From: an uncultured Neisseria sp.
GTDB taxonomy: Bacteria; Pseudomonadota; Gammaproteobacteria; Burkholderiales; Neisseriaceae
Assembly: GCA_963552075.1 (NCBI GenBank)
Contig: CAUVJL010000001.1
Span: forward strand, 394-64,393
Reading direction: 5' to 3'
DNA length: 64,000 nt
Part shown: piece by piece, positions 1-9,018 of the stretch
Layout of the letters: every line of letters starts with the position of its first letter
Numbering within the stretch: position 1 is the first letter of the stretch
Notes under the pieces: model-generated
The model's input: only the letters and a program-made list of their open reading frames with translations
What the model was told of the DNA's origin: nothing
The model's database searches: none
Position numbers and translations under genes: made by a program

Positions 1-996
1 TTTTGGCAGCAATCCCTACAAGCCGTCGAACTCGTTGACGAACGGGTTAAAAAACACCAAATCGCTTGCGACTGGCAGCGCGGCTACGCCACCGTTGCCA
101 TCCGCCCGCAGCATTGGGAAGAATTGCAACAATGGCATGAACACGCCCGACAACATTACGGCGCTACCCATTACCAACTCTGGGATAAAGCCACGCTCAA
201 GCAACAACTTGCCAGCGATATGTACTTGGGCGCACAGTTCGATCCTCATTCCGGCCACCTCCATCCGCTCAACTACACCCTGGGCATCGCCCGCGCCGCC
301 ACCGAAGCAGGCGCGCAGATTTTCGAACAGTCCCCGATGACCCGTATCGAACCCTATCAAGGCGGCTGGCTCGTCCATACCCCGGACGGCAGCATCGAAT
401 GCCAAAACCTCATGTATGCCGTCAACACCTACGCCGGTTTGCATCAAAAATTCAAGCCGTTGGAAAAAAAAGCCATCGCCGTCAGCACCTTCATCATCGC
501 CACCGAACCGCTGGGCGAACGCGCCAAAGAACTCATCCGCAACAACATGGCTGTCTGCGACAACCGCCACGTCCTCGACTACTACCGCCTCAGCGCCGAC
601 GGCCGCCTGCTCTTCGGCGGTAAAGACAACGAGTTCATCGACGATCCCAACCGCATGACCGAGCTTGTCCGCCAAGACATGCTCAAAGTCTTCCCCCAGC
701 TTGCCGATGTCAAAATCGAACATTCATGGGGCGGCGAATGCGACATCACCGCCAACCTCGCCCCCCACTTCGGAAGACTCGCGCCCAATGTTTACTATGC
801 CCAAGGCTACTCGGGACACGGCATGGCGATTACCGGCATAGCAGGCCTTGCCATCGCCGAAGCCATCATGGGCGACGATGGTCGTCTGAAACCGTTTGAA
901 AAACTCAAACACCCCAGCATCATTACCCAACCTTTCCTGCGCAAACTCGGCTCCTTCCTCGGTTCGAAATATTACCAATGGAAAGACAGCCGTTAA
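1..996 (+). CDS. FAD-dependent oxidoreductase (DAO family, PuuB/OrdL-like); 5' end outside window
   Basis: Frame 1 is open from base 1 (FWQQSLQAVELVDERV...) into listed ORF 124..996. The C-terminal half looks DAO-like (YAQGYSGHGMAITG). A DUS-pair hairpin follows the stop. Confidence 0.8.
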   Translation, partial: FWQQSLQAVELVDERVKKHQIACDWQRGYATVAIRPQHWEELQQWHEHARQHYGATHYQLWDKATLKQQLASDMYLGAQFDPHSGHLHPLNYTLGIARAATEAGAQIFEQSPMTRIEPYQGGWLVHTPDGSIECQNLMYAVNTYAGLHQKFKPLEKKAIAVSTFIIATEPLGERAKELIRNNMAVCDNRHVLDYYRLSADGRLLFGGKDNEFIDDPNRMTELVRQDMLKVFPQLADVKIEHSWGGECDITANLAPHFGRLAPNVYYAQGYSGHGMAITGIAGLAIAEAIMGDDGRLKPFEKLKHPSIITQPFLRKLGSFLGSKYYQWKDSR

Positions 997-1025
997 GCAT
1001 TTGGTTAAGCTCGAACACATCAACA

Positions 1026-1068
1026 AAAGGTCGTCTGAAACCCGATTCAGGTTTCAGACGACCTTTTC
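1026..1068. terminator. DUS-pair hairpin terminator
   Basis: AGGTCGTCTGAA at 1028-1039 and its reverse complement at 1053-1064, followed by a T-run. Confidence 0.7.
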
Positions 1069-1172
1069 GATATTGAATTGAAGACTTCCAATCAAACTGC
1101 TATCGCATCAAATGTTCAACGAACGCCCGATGCATTTAGATTCCTACCCTCTCCATTTGTGCTCCAAACCCA

Positions 1173-2009
1173 TTACATCAAATGAATCCCGCTTGCCGGA
1201 TTGGAAACATTTTCATATACGGTAATCGAAACGATTTTTCCACTTTCGTCAAACACAATTTCCAGATAGGGCTTATCAGGGCTGCGGTCGTGGTTGAAAA
1301 GGCGGAATACCCTTTGCGCCTCAAAAATCTTTCCGTGTGCTTTCAAATATTCGGGCAACTGGCTGATGTTTTGAAAACTACCGCCAAACCCGCCGCCATG
1401 TTTCTTAAGATATTCCGGCGTTCCTTCTATGTCGAAATTGTGCGTTACCCTCAGCGGCTGATTCGAGCCTTGGCTTGTCTGTTTGCCTGTTGATAAAACC
1501 AAAGTATCCCGACGCCTGAGTGCCTCCATTTCTTGTACCACCGGTTCTATCGCCTGCTGATTATAGCTCCGCTCCCCTTTTACCATCTGATCAATAGCCT
1601 CTATCACTTTATCAACGTTTTTAGGATCATTCGGATCAATATCAGGGAACAGTGCCTGCTCCAGCGGATCGTCTCCGCCGGGAATGCCCCAAATCGCCGC
1701 CAATTCTTTAGGGCTGCGTTCAAACAAACAACTGGAATCGATATTCTCGGCAACCTGACGGACAAAATCATCAATGCCGCCAATCTGATGCAGGTTGGTG
1801 CAATTTGAAGAAGGTGTGCTTTCTACTTGCTTGACGCTATTAGAGTTGGACGCGATTGGATTCAAATCGGATTGGGAAGAAGCTGATGACGCGGAGGATG
1901 GAACAGCGGATGCGCCGACTTCTTTTGTTTTATCTTCTTTACTTGGAGAACACGCAGTCAGCATGATTGCGGTAAGCCATAAGAGAAGTGATGACGTTTC
2001 GTTTTTCAT
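1173..2009 (-). CDS. hypothetical lipoprotein
   Basis: ORF 1173..2057. The first ATG lies inside the DUS hairpin, so the start is more likely M17 at 2009 (MKNETSSLLLWLTAIMLTAC, lipobox LTAC). I recognise no family. Confidence 0.6.
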   Translation of the reverse strand: MKNETSSLLLWLTAIMLTACSPSKEDKTKEVGASAVPSSASSASSQSDLNPIASNSNSVKQVESTPSSNCTNLHQIGGIDDFVRQVAENIDSSCLFERSPKELAAIWGIPGGDDPLEQALFPDIDPNDPKNVDKVIEAIDQMVKGERSYNQQAIEPVVQEMEALRRRDTLVLSTGKQTSQGSNQPLRVTHNFDIEGTPEYLKKHGGGFGGSFQNISQLPEYLKAHGKIFEAQRVFRLFNHDRSPDKPYLEIVFDESGKIVSITVYENVSNPASGIHLM

Positions 2010-2028
2010 TATTTTGTTTTCAACATAA

Positions 2029-2073
2029 AGAGGTCGTCTGAAAATCTGCCACTTCATTTTTCAGACGACCTCC
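2029..2073. terminator. DUS-pair hairpin terminator (after metW)
   Basis: AGGTCGTCTGAA at 2031-2042 and TTCAGACGACCT at 2060-2071. Confidence 0.65.
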
Positions 2074-2125
2074 TGTTAGTACAACTCAAGAACCTTGTTA
2101 TTGCCAGCAAGGTGCTCAATCCATC

Positions 2126-2716
2126 TTACCCGACGCGATAAAACGCCAAACTGCCCAAAAGGTTGGGGAAATGTTTGACCTGTTTGTTGCCCGTCATGAC
2201 CGCGCGCTCGAGGACGCGGATTTTATTTTTGGCGCACAATAGATCAAAGTCTTTGAGCGTACACCAATGGATGTTTGGCGTGTCGTACCAATGGTAGGGC
2301 ATGCGTTCGGAAACCGGCATATGCCCGCCGATGGCGATTTGGAAGCGGTTGCGCCAGTACCCAAAATTCGGGAAGCTGACAATCGCCTGTTTCGCCACGC
2401 GCATAAGGCAGCGCAGGATTTTTTCGGTGTTTTGCATGGCTTGGATGGTTTGGCTCAAGACGATAACGTCAAACGTCTGATCGCCAAATTCAGCCAAACC
2501 CTGCTCCAAATCGGCTTGAATGACGTTCACGCCGCGTGACATGGCGGCGATGACGCTGTCGGTGTCGATTTCGATGCCGTAGCCGCTGCATTTTTTGTGT
2601 TCCACCAAAGCCGCCAGCAATTCGCCGTCGCCGCAGCCCAAGTCCAAGACGCGGCTGCCTTCGGGAATCCAGTCGTAAATCAACTGCAAATCGTCGCGCA
2701 AATTCATGATCGGCAA
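2126..2716 (-). CDS. metW: methionine biosynthesis protein MetW
   Basis: 196 aa. SAM-methyltransferase-like [12 protein letters not shown] motif. Overlaps the stop of the upstream metX, which is the classic metXW arrangement. Confidence 0.9.
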   Translation of the reverse strand: MPIMNLRDDLQLIYDWIPEGSRVLDLGCGDGELLAALVEHKKCSGYGIEIDTDSVIAAMSRGVNVIQADLEQGLAEFGDQTFDVIVLSQTIQAMQNTEKILRCLMRVAKQAIVSFPNFGYWRNRFQIAIGGHMPVSERMPYHWYDTPNIHWCTLKDFDLLCAKNKIRVLERAVMTGNKQVKHFPNLLGSLAFYRVG

Positions 2717-3843
2717 TCCTTGTCAACATTGTTCATATAAACCGCTACGGCGCGCATATAGGCTTCGTCTTCCATCAAAAAGGCGTCATGACCGTGGTTG
2801 GATTTGACTTCGATATACTGCACCGGCTTGTGCGCGGCAATCAGCGCTTTGACCAGCTCTTTGGAACGCGCAGGCGAGAAACGCCAGTCGGTACTGAAGC
2901 TGGCGACAAAAAATTTCGCTTTCACATTTTGCAGGGCGCGGGTCAGGCTGTCGCCGAAATCCGCCGCCGGATCGAAATAGTCCAGTGCCTTGGTCATCAG
3001 CAGATAAGTGTTGGCATCAAACCGCCCGACGAATTTGTCGCCCTGATAGCGCAGATAGGATTCCACTTCAAATTCAACGCCGTAGCCGTATTGATAGCCG
3101 TTTGAACGCAAATCGCGTCCGAATTTTTTGCCCAAACCGTCTTCGGCAAGATACGTAATGTGCCCCATCATACGGGCAATCCGTAAGCCCCTTGCGGGAA
3201 CGGTATTGCGGCTGCGGTAATGTCCTTCGTTGAAATCAGGGTCGGTCAAAATCGCCTGACGTGCTACATCATTAAACGCGATATTTTGCGTGGACAGTTT
3301 CGGCGCAGATGCAATCACTAAGGCATGGCGCACGCGCTCGGGATAGGAAATCGTCCATTGCAAAGCCTGCATACCGCCTAAGCTGCCGCCGACAATCGCC
3401 GCCCATTGTTCGATGCCGAGATAGTCGGCAAGCGCGGCTTGGGATTTTACCCAGTCCTTCACCGTAACCACCGGAAAATCCGCGCCGTATTCCCTGCCCG
3501 TTTCAGGATTGATCGACAAAGGCCCGCTGCTGCCGTCGCAGCCGCCCAGATTGTTCAAACCGACCACAAAAAAACGTTCCGTATCAATCGGTTTGCCGGG
3601 TCCAACCATATTGTCCCACCAGCCCGCATATTTATCCTCTGCCGAGTGCCTGCCCGCAACATGATGGTTGCCCGACAGCGCATGGCAGATTAAAACCGCA
3701 TTGTTTTTTTCGGCATTCAGCTCGCCGTAGGTTTCAATCATCAGATCGAAACGCGGCAAAGTTTTACCGTTTTCCAAAACCAGCGGCATCTCAAACGGAA
3801 TTTTTTGGGGCGTTACAATGCCCACCGAGGCACTTTGACTCAT
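2704..3843 (-). CDS. metX: homoserine O-acetyltransferase MetX
   Basis: Alpha/beta hydrolase with [12 protein letters not shown] nucleophile elbow. Start chosen at [14 protein letters not shown] (ATG at 3843) within ORF 2704..3858. Confidence 0.92.
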   Translation of the reverse strand: MSQSASVGIVTPQKIPFEMPLVLENGKTLPRFDLMIETYGELNAEKNNAVLICHALSGNHHVAGRHSAEDKYAGWWDNMVGPGKPIDTERFFVVGLNNLGGCDGSSGPLSINPETGREYGADFPVVTVKDWVKSQAALADYLGIEQWAAIVGGSLGGMQALQWTISYPERVRHALVIASAPKLSTQNIAFNDVARQAILTDPDFNEGHYRSRNTVPARGLRIARMMGHITYLAEDGLGKKFGRDLRSNGYQYGYGVEFEVESYLRYQGDKFVGRFDANTYLLMTKALDYFDPAADFGDSLTRALQNVKAKFFVASFSTDWRFSPARSKELVKALIAAHKPVQYIEVKSNHGHDAFLMEDEAYMRAVAVYMNNVDKDCRS

Positions 3844-4000
3844 ATCCTGTTCCAACAAATGCGGCGAAAAGCGTTATTATATAGCAAACGGCATGACTTT
3901 TTGACACGGTCGGACAAGCAGCCTGACACGCTGAAACATCCGTTCCCATGCCGCCGCACCCAAACCATACTTTTTCAGACGACCTCCCCCGCTTCCCGAT

Positions 4001-4201
4001 ATGATAGGCAGACTTTTCCGTATTTTTTTCTTTTTCGCACTTGCCGCGCTGATTATCAACCGCCTCTTCAGCCGCAAGCAAAAACGCGCCCTGCGCGATG
4101 TCGCCAAAATCAGCGCATGGGTGCTGCTCGGTGCAGCCGCAGCGACGCTGTTTTGGTATCTGGTCATGCTGTATTTCAAACACATTCCGGATTCTTATTG
4201 A
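4001..4201 (+). CDS. small hypothetical membrane protein (66 aa)
   Basis: Two hydrophobic segments (FFFFALAALIINRLF; WVLLGAAAATLFWYLVMLYF). A DUS-pair terminator follows. No family recognised. Confidence 0.35.
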   Translation: MIGRLFRIFFFFALAALIINRLFSRKQKRALRDVAKISAWVLLGAAAATLFWYLVMLYFKHIPDSY

Positions 4202-4226
4202 CCAAGGTTTGATAACTAAACAAATA

Positions 4227-4272
4227 AAAGGTCGTCTGAAAACGCAAATTCAGGTTTTCAGACGACCTTTTC
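4227..4272. terminator. DUS-pair hairpin terminator
   Basis: AGGTCGTCTGAA at 4229-4240 and TTCAGACGACCT at 4257-4268. This is the last host-dialect DUS before position 12014. Confidence 0.7.
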
Positions 4273-4325
4273 CCGTATATTAAAAACACGGGGGATGACG
4301 ACATTGCCAAAGCGGCTGTCTCAGC

Positions 4326-4970
4326 TCAACGTTTAAAATTCGACTTCTCCTTAAATTCCGTTCCGACAAACGTCCGTTTCGGATTGCCGCGCTCCACCTG
4401 ATAAAGCTGGCTGTGCTGTGCGCGGGCGTAATCGTCGGTCTGTCCGGCATGATGTTCCGCCAGCTTTTGCGCCAGCAGGGTCAAAGCCAATTTTTTGTTG
4501 GCATGCTGACTGCGTTCGCTTTCGACCCGTACGGAAATACCGCTTGCCTTATGAGTGGCACGGACGGCACTTTCAGTTTTATTGACGTGCTGCCCGCCTT
4601 TGCCGCCCGAACGGCAGGCTTGAAACTCAATTTCGCTTCCAGACGGCATTTCAGGCATATCGGGCATGCGGAAAACGCCGATATACCAGTTTTTGCGCGG
4701 ATGTTTCGGACGGACGGTGCTGGCGCACACCCATTGGAGCGAACCTTGCCAACGCCGTGCCAGAGTTTCGGCATGCTTGCCGTCCAATTTAAGCACCGCC
4801 GACATAATGCCGTGCTTATCGGCGGTTTCGGAGATGATTTCCACCCCGACACCTTCCGCCTTCGCCTCGGCAAGCAGCCTGCCCAATACGAAACGGGCAA
4901 AGATGCGGCATTCGGCAGGCCCTTGAGCGGTGGAAATTTGCAGATAAATTGTTCGCATATTTTGCTTCAT
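4326..4970 (-). CDS. prfH: peptide chain release factor H (PrfH)
   Basis: RF-like protein with GGQ motif (SGGKGGQHVNKTESAV). Start chosen at MKQNMRTIYLQ, with GGAG 7 nt upstream. Lies directly downstream of the rtcB-family ORF. Confidence 0.8.
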   Translation of the reverse strand: MKQNMRTIYLQISTAQGPAECRIFARFVLGRLLAEAKAEGVGVEIISETADKHGIMSAVLKLDGKHAETLARRWQGSLQWVCASTVRPKHPRKNWYIGVFRMPDMPEMPSGSEIEFQACRSGGKGGQHVNKTESAVRATHKASGISVRVESERSQHANKKLALTLLAQKLAEHHAGQTDDYARAQHSQLYQVERGNPKRTFVGTEFKEKSNFKR

Positions 4971-4972
4971 AT

Positions 4973-5737
4973 TTATTCTCCACATCCGCCGCTGGTTTTG
5001 TAAGTCAAAACGGGTTTGAAGCGGGCGACCAATTCAATCAAACCGGCGTTTTTCATGGCTGAAATGACGCTGTCTATGCTTTTATAAGCCTGGGGAGCTT
5101 CTTCAAAAATCAGAGTCTTATCCTGACAAACGACCACACTGCCGAATGCGGTTTGGCGTAAGCTGTCGGCGGAATATTTGTGCGACAGCCTGCCTTTGCA
5201 TTCGCCGCGTTGCCACTTCCGTCCTGCGCCGTGTGCCAATGTATTCAGCGAAATTTGGCAATCTTGGTTCGGCAGAACCAGATAGCTGTAATCGCCGCGC
5301 GAGCCGGGTATCATCACCAGACCTTTATCGGCGGGCGTTGCGCCTTTTCGGTGCAGCCAGCCGGTTTGTCCCGCGATTTCGGTTTGTTCGAGGAAATTGT
5401 GATGCACGTCGAGCAGGCATTCGCCTTCCGTGCGCCAGCGGTCGAGCATTCTGGCGGCAATCAGACGGCGGTTTAAACGGGCGAACTCAAGGGCTGCCTG
5501 ATGTTCGGCAAGATAGTCCGCCGCAGCCACGCTGCCTTCCGCCAAACCTCGATGGCCGTAGGCTTCGATGTGGCGTTGCAAAATCTGCTGACCCAGTCCG
5601 CGCGAACCGCTGTGTACCAACAATTGCAAACGGTTTGAATCAAAGGCAGCGGGAAGCAAATCGTCGCGGTAAACGGTTTCAACGGTTTGCAATCGCGATG
5701 CCGTCAACCGCGCCCTTGCCGCGCGGGACAACGACAT
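4973..5737 (-). pseudogene. rtcB: RtcB-family RNA ligase, 5'-truncated remnant
   Basis: The ORF starts only about 40 codons before the HSGSRGLG motif. It keeps the C-terminal AHGAGRKW region but lacks roughly the first third, including the GGGNHF-type motif that normally precedes HSGSRG. Confidence 0.65.
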
Positions 5738-5912
5738 GCTGGTGCATTACGAACGGCTGGGGGAAGCCGCCGCGCTCTCCGTGCCGTCGCCCGAACACTA
5801 CCTGCCGCTGCTCTACACCGCCGCGCTGCGCGAACCGCAGGACGATATGGAAATATTCAATGACGAACTCGCCTTTGGCTCAATCAGCATGACTTCCGTT
5901 TTGATAGGGTAA
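5673..5912 (+). pseudogene. C-terminal fragment of a YgiD-type 4,5-DOPA dioxygenase extradiol
   Basis: Frame 0 reads ...ARDNDMLVHYERLGEAAALSVPSPEHYLPLLYTAALREPQDDMEIFNDELAFGSISMTSVLIG*. This matches only the last 60-75 residues of the YgiD family, and no N-terminal part is present. Confidence 0.5.
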
Positions 5913-5930
5913 GAGACCATGACAAAATAA

Positions 5931-6134
5931 CGCGGGTCGGAACCCCTACGCGCCTGCCCAAAAGCCCGCTACGAAGACGGCTTGGACACGGCAAAATTGG
6001 ACGTGTTGGCCGACGTATTGCGACAAATCGGCTGCACGCAGGCAGCAGAAATTCTGACCGAACCCGCCGCCGAAGCGCAAGCCAAGCAGCGCATTGCCGA
6101 AGGCACAGATTGCTTCGGACAGTTTGGGCACTAA
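5931..6134 (+). pseudogene. fragment of a DsbA/HCCA-isomerase-like thioredoxin-fold protein
   Basis: Reads ...ARYEDGLDTAKLDVLADVLRQIGCTQAAEILTEPAAEAQAKQRIAEGTDCFGQFGH*. This resembles the internal to C-terminal part of DsbA/FrnE/HCCA isomerase proteins. It has no start codon and stops prematurely. Confidence 0.35.
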
Positions 6135-6213
6135 CCGCCATTGTGCTGATGGTTTCCAGCAACCGATCCGCCGAAGGAAAAGGACTAGGGCGAAAGCAGT
6201 ATCGCCCAAACGC

Positions 6214-6255
6214 AAAAGCAGCCTGCACTTTGAAATTGAAGTGCAGGCTGCTTTT
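6214..6255. terminator. hairpin built from AAGCAGCCTGCA (king3-type DUS) pair
   Basis: AAGCAGCCTGCA at 6216-6227 and its reverse complement at 6242-6253, loop CTTTGAAATTGAAG, flanked by A and T runs. Sits immediately after the LysR stop. Confidence 0.7.
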
Positions 6256-7122
6256 TCATATTGCCGACAAGTGTTCCAATGCCTCCGCGAAGTAATCCGC
6301 CACCGCCCTGACGCTGGGGCTACGGCGTACGTCTTCGTGCATCACCAGAAAGAGTTCTGCTGCGAATTCAGGTAGCGGGGCATCTGGATTGAGTGAGACG
6401 GGATGCAGCCTGTCGGCAGGGAAAACAGCGAAATCAGGCAGAATACCGATGCCGATTTGTTCGCACACGGCTTGTTTGACAGCGGCGAAGTCGTTGCTGG
6501 CGAAGGAAATGTCGGCATCTTCGCCGATTTGTTCGGCAAACCAGCGGGAAAAACGGGTGTTTACGGCAATTTGTACAAAACGCCAGTTTTCGCGGCGGAT
6601 GGTTTTCAGGTAGCCTTCATGGCCGTAGATGCGGTAGGAGAAATGGGCGATACGGCGCACGGCAAGGTCGTTTTGGGTGGGACGGACGAGGCGCAGAGCG
6701 ATGTCGGCTTGGCGACCGTGCAGGTCGGCGAGTGCGGCATCGCTTTGAATAATAAGGCGTATATCGTTGTGTTTGCGGTAGAAATCGGCAATGTGGGGCA
6801 TCAGCAGGAGTCGGGCGACGAATGGCGGTGCGGAAATGACGACGCTGTGCCGCAGCTCGGCCTGTTCGCGCGCGGTACGCTGCAACATGCTCATATCTTT
6901 GCAGATTTCGCAGGCATGGCGGTAAAGCCGTTCGCCTTCGGGGGTGAGCAGGTAGCGTTTGCCGATGCGGTCAAACAGGCGCAGGCCGAGTGCGTTTTCC
7001 AGCTGGGCGATTTGCCGCGAAACGGTGCTGTGCTGCACGTCTAGGTGTTCGGCAGCGGCGGTAAGGGTTTGTTTTTCCACAAGGGTGGTGAAGTGGCGGA
7101 TGCCGTTCCAGTCCCAATCCAT
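6256..7122 (-). CDS. LysR family transcriptional regulator
   Basis: N-terminal HTH (IRHFTTLVEKQTLTAAAEHLDVQHSTVSRQIAQLE) plus a LysR substrate domain. Start chosen at MDWDWNG (7122) within ORF 6256..7161. Confidence 0.85.
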   Translation of the reverse strand: MDWDWNGIRHFTTLVEKQTLTAAAEHLDVQHSTVSRQIAQLENALGLRLFDRIGKRYLLTPEGERLYRHACEICKDMSMLQRTAREQAELRHSVVISAPPFVARLLLMPHIADFYRKHNDIRLIIQSDAALADLHGRQADIALRLVRPTQNDLAVRRIAHFSYRIYGHEGYLKTIRRENWRFVQIAVNTRFSRWFAEQIGEDADISFASNDFAAVKQAVCEQIGIGILPDFAVFPADRLHPVSLNPDAPLPEFAAELFLVMHEDVRRSPSVRAVADYFAEALEHLSAI

Positions 7123-7181
7123 TATTGCTTCCTTTGTGCATTTTTTGGCTGTGTTTGCCAATTTATCTTATTTTCGTGTTT

Positions 7182-7196
7182 TTATAAACGGTATAA
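7182..7196. promoter_or_regulatory. candidate LysR box (T-N11-A palindrome)
   Basis: TTATAAACGGTATAA in the divergent LysR/DUF2798 intergenic region. Confidence 0.25.
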
Positions 7197-7229
7197 ACTG
7201 CACGATATGGATTTTTTGAGGGGAGCGAG

Positions 7230-7460
7230 ATGAAAAAATTGCCGAAAAAATACGCGGGCGTACTGTTTTCTTTTTACGCTTCGACGGTGATGGTGCTGAT
7301 TGTGAGCGCGGTGCTGGTGGCGCTGAATACCGATATCGACGCGGGCTACCTGCAGCGCTTGTTGAAATCATATTTGATTACTTGGCCGGTGGCATTCGCC
7401 AGCCTGCTCGGCGTGCGGCCGTTGGTGGTGAAATGGGTGGCGGCTTCGGTGGCGGATTGA
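7230..7460 (+). CDS. DUF2798 domain-containing small membrane protein
   Basis: 76 aa, two TM segments. The sequence pattern (KKYAGVLFSFYASTVMVLIVS...ITWPVAF) is typical of DUF2798. Divergent from LysR. Confidence 0.65.
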   Translation: MKKLPKKYAGVLFSFYASTVMVLIVSAVLVALNTDIDAGYLQRLLKSYLITWPVAFASLLGVRPLVVKWVAASVAD

Positions 7461-7471
7461 GGCTACCTGAA
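7460..7471 (+). repeat. AGGCTACCTGAA (eik-type DUS dialect)
   Basis: Exact 12-mer overlapping the DUF2798 stop codon. Confidence 0.6.
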
Positions 7472-7510
7472 AACATGAATAAAGCAGTGACAACCCTAAT
7501 TGCATCAAAG

Positions 7511-7522
7511 TGCAGGCTGCTT
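7511..7522 (-). repeat. AAGCAGCCTGCA (king3-type DUS), single copy
   Basis: TGCAGGCTGCTT on the + strand. Confidence 0.6.
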
Positions 7523-7652
7523 TCAGTTTCACAAAAGCTCCGCTTTTCATAGACAAACTAATATTGTTTTTAAATTTCAGACGGCTGAATACAGCCAAAA
7601 GCTCCTCTGAAAACCAGCCTTTATTTACCAACCTTGCAGACAGGAGACACAC

Positions 7653-8333
7653 ATGTCCGACAAACCCATTCTCTACGTTGTAACCAGCAATGCCGTTAAA
7701 GGTGCAAGCGGCCAGCCCACCGGCTTTTGGTTGTCCGAACTCACGCACCCCATGCACGAAACCGAAGCCGCCGGGCACCGAAGCGAAATCGCCACCATCC
7801 GAGCCGGAGTCGCCCCCGTTGATGCCGACAGCCTGAATATGGATGACCCCGTGAACGCCCATTACTGGCAGCAAACTGACCTGCAACAACGTTTGCAAGC
7901 TGCGCCCGGGCTGGGCGGTCTGAACGGCGCGGACTATTCCGCCATTCTGTTTACCGGCGGCTACGGTACGATGTGGGATTTCCGCGAAAGCCTTGACGCG
8001 CAACGCCTTATCCGCGAAGTGTACGAAAACGGCGGTATCGTTGCCGCCGTCTGCCACGGCCCTGCCGCGCTGGTGGACGCGAAACTTTCTAATGGCGAAT
8101 ATCTGGTCAGCGGCAAAAACGTTGCCGCTTTCACCAACGCCGAAGAAGAAGCAACGGGCGGAGCTAAAATCGTCCCCTTCCTGCTGGAAACCGCGCTCGT
8201 TGAACACGGCGCAAAACACCATGCCGCGCCGAACTGGGCGGAAAACGTGGTGGTGGACGGCCGTCTGATTACCGGTCAAAATCCGGCATCCGCCAAAGGC
8301 GTAGGGGTGGCGTTGGCAAAGGCATTGGGTTGA
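7653..8333 (+). CDS. DJ-1/PfpI family type 1 glutamine amidotransferase-like protein
   Basis: 226 aa. Has the AAVCHGPAAL nucleophile-elbow cysteine motif typical of DJ-1/PfpI/HchA-like proteins. Confidence 0.85.
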   Translation: MSDKPILYVVTSNAVKGASGQPTGFWLSELTHPMHETEAAGHRSEIATIRAGVAPVDADSLNMDDPVNAHYWQQTDLQQRLQAAPGLGGLNGADYSAILFTGGYGTMWDFRESLDAQRLIREVYENGGIVAAVCHGPAALVDAKLSNGEYLVSGKNVAAFTNAEEEATGGAKIVPFLLETALVEHGAKHHAAPNWAENVVVDGRLITGQNPASAKGVGVALAKALG

Positions 8334-8342
8334 TGAAGTGAA

Positions 8343-8385
8343 AAAAGCAGCCTGCACTTTGGAAATTGAAGTGCAGGCTGCTTTT
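8343..8385. terminator. hairpin built from AAGCAGCCTGCA pair (bidirectional)
   Basis: 12-mers at 8345-8356 and 8372-8383. Nearly identical to the 6214-6255 element, including the loop. Lies between the convergent DJ-1 and MarR genes. Confidence 0.7.
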
Positions 8386-8417
8386 TATTGTGCCGACTTT
8401 ATGTTTTCAGACGGCCT

Positions 8418-8915
8418 TCACGTTTCCAAAGCCCCCAACCACGCCGCCAATCCTTGTTCGAGTTGCGTGCGGGTGTCCGCATCCAGCTTTTCCAGCAGCC
8501 GCTTTTCGTTTTCCACATGCGGGAACACGGCTTTTTCAATCAATTCTTCACCTTTATCTGTCAGGCGGACCAGCAGGCTGCGGGCATCGTCCGGGTTGGG
8601 CAGGCGGTCGATTAAGCCTTGGTTTTCCAGATTTTTCAGGCGCGTGGTCATGGTGCCGGACGTTACCATCAGCGATGAGAACAACTCGGTCGGGGTCAGC
8701 GTATAAGGCGCGCCGCTGCGGCGCAGGGTGGCAAGCACGTCGAACGAGCCTTCGGTTAAACCGTATTCTCCGTAAACTTTTTCCAATTCGCGCGCGATGA
8801 CGGCAGCGGCGCGTTTCAGACGGCCGATTAACAGCATATTTTCGGCGGCCAATTCAGGCAGCTCCTGCTTCCATTGGGCAACGGCGTGGGCGGCTGCATC
8901 AAGGTGTTCGGTCAT
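8418..8915 (-). CDS. MarR family transcriptional regulator
   Basis: 165 aa with a winged-HTH region (SFDVLATLRRSGAPYTLTPTELFSSLMVTSGTMTTRLKNLENQGLI). Confidence 0.85.
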   Translation of the reverse strand: MTEHLDAAAHAVAQWKQELPELAAENMLLIGRLKRAAAVIARELEKVYGEYGLTEGSFDVLATLRRSGAPYTLTPTELFSSLMVTSGTMTTRLKNLENQGLIDRLPNPDDARSLLVRLTDKGEELIEKAVFPHVENEKRLLEKLDADTRTQLEQGLAAWLGALET

Positions 8916-8952
8916 AGAATGCTCCGTTCGGTTTAAATGGCGATTATTTTAT

Positions 8953-8997
8953 CTTGACCTCAAGCTAATCTCCATTTATATTTAACTTGAATTCAAG
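8953..8997. promoter_or_regulatory. two CTTGA-NN-TCAAG palindromes (candidate MarR operators)
   Basis: CTTGACCTCAAG at 8953-8964 and CTTGAATTCAAG at 8986-8997, 33 bp apart, in the MarR/nitroreductase divergent promoter region. Confidence 0.45.
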
Positions 8998-9018
8998 ATA
9001 ATTTTGCTGGAGAAAACC

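Noticed and set aside
5146-5892. 248-aa ORF on the + strand
   Set aside because: It is mostly antisense to the rtcB remnant with no motifs. The real + strand signal here is the short YgiD C-terminal fragment in another frame.
7368-8357. 329-aa ORF on the - strand
   Set aside because: It is entirely antisense to the well-supported DJ-1/PfpI gene. Its composition (Gly/Ala/Val/Phe-rich, no motifs) is typical of a shadow ORF in GC-rich coding DNA.
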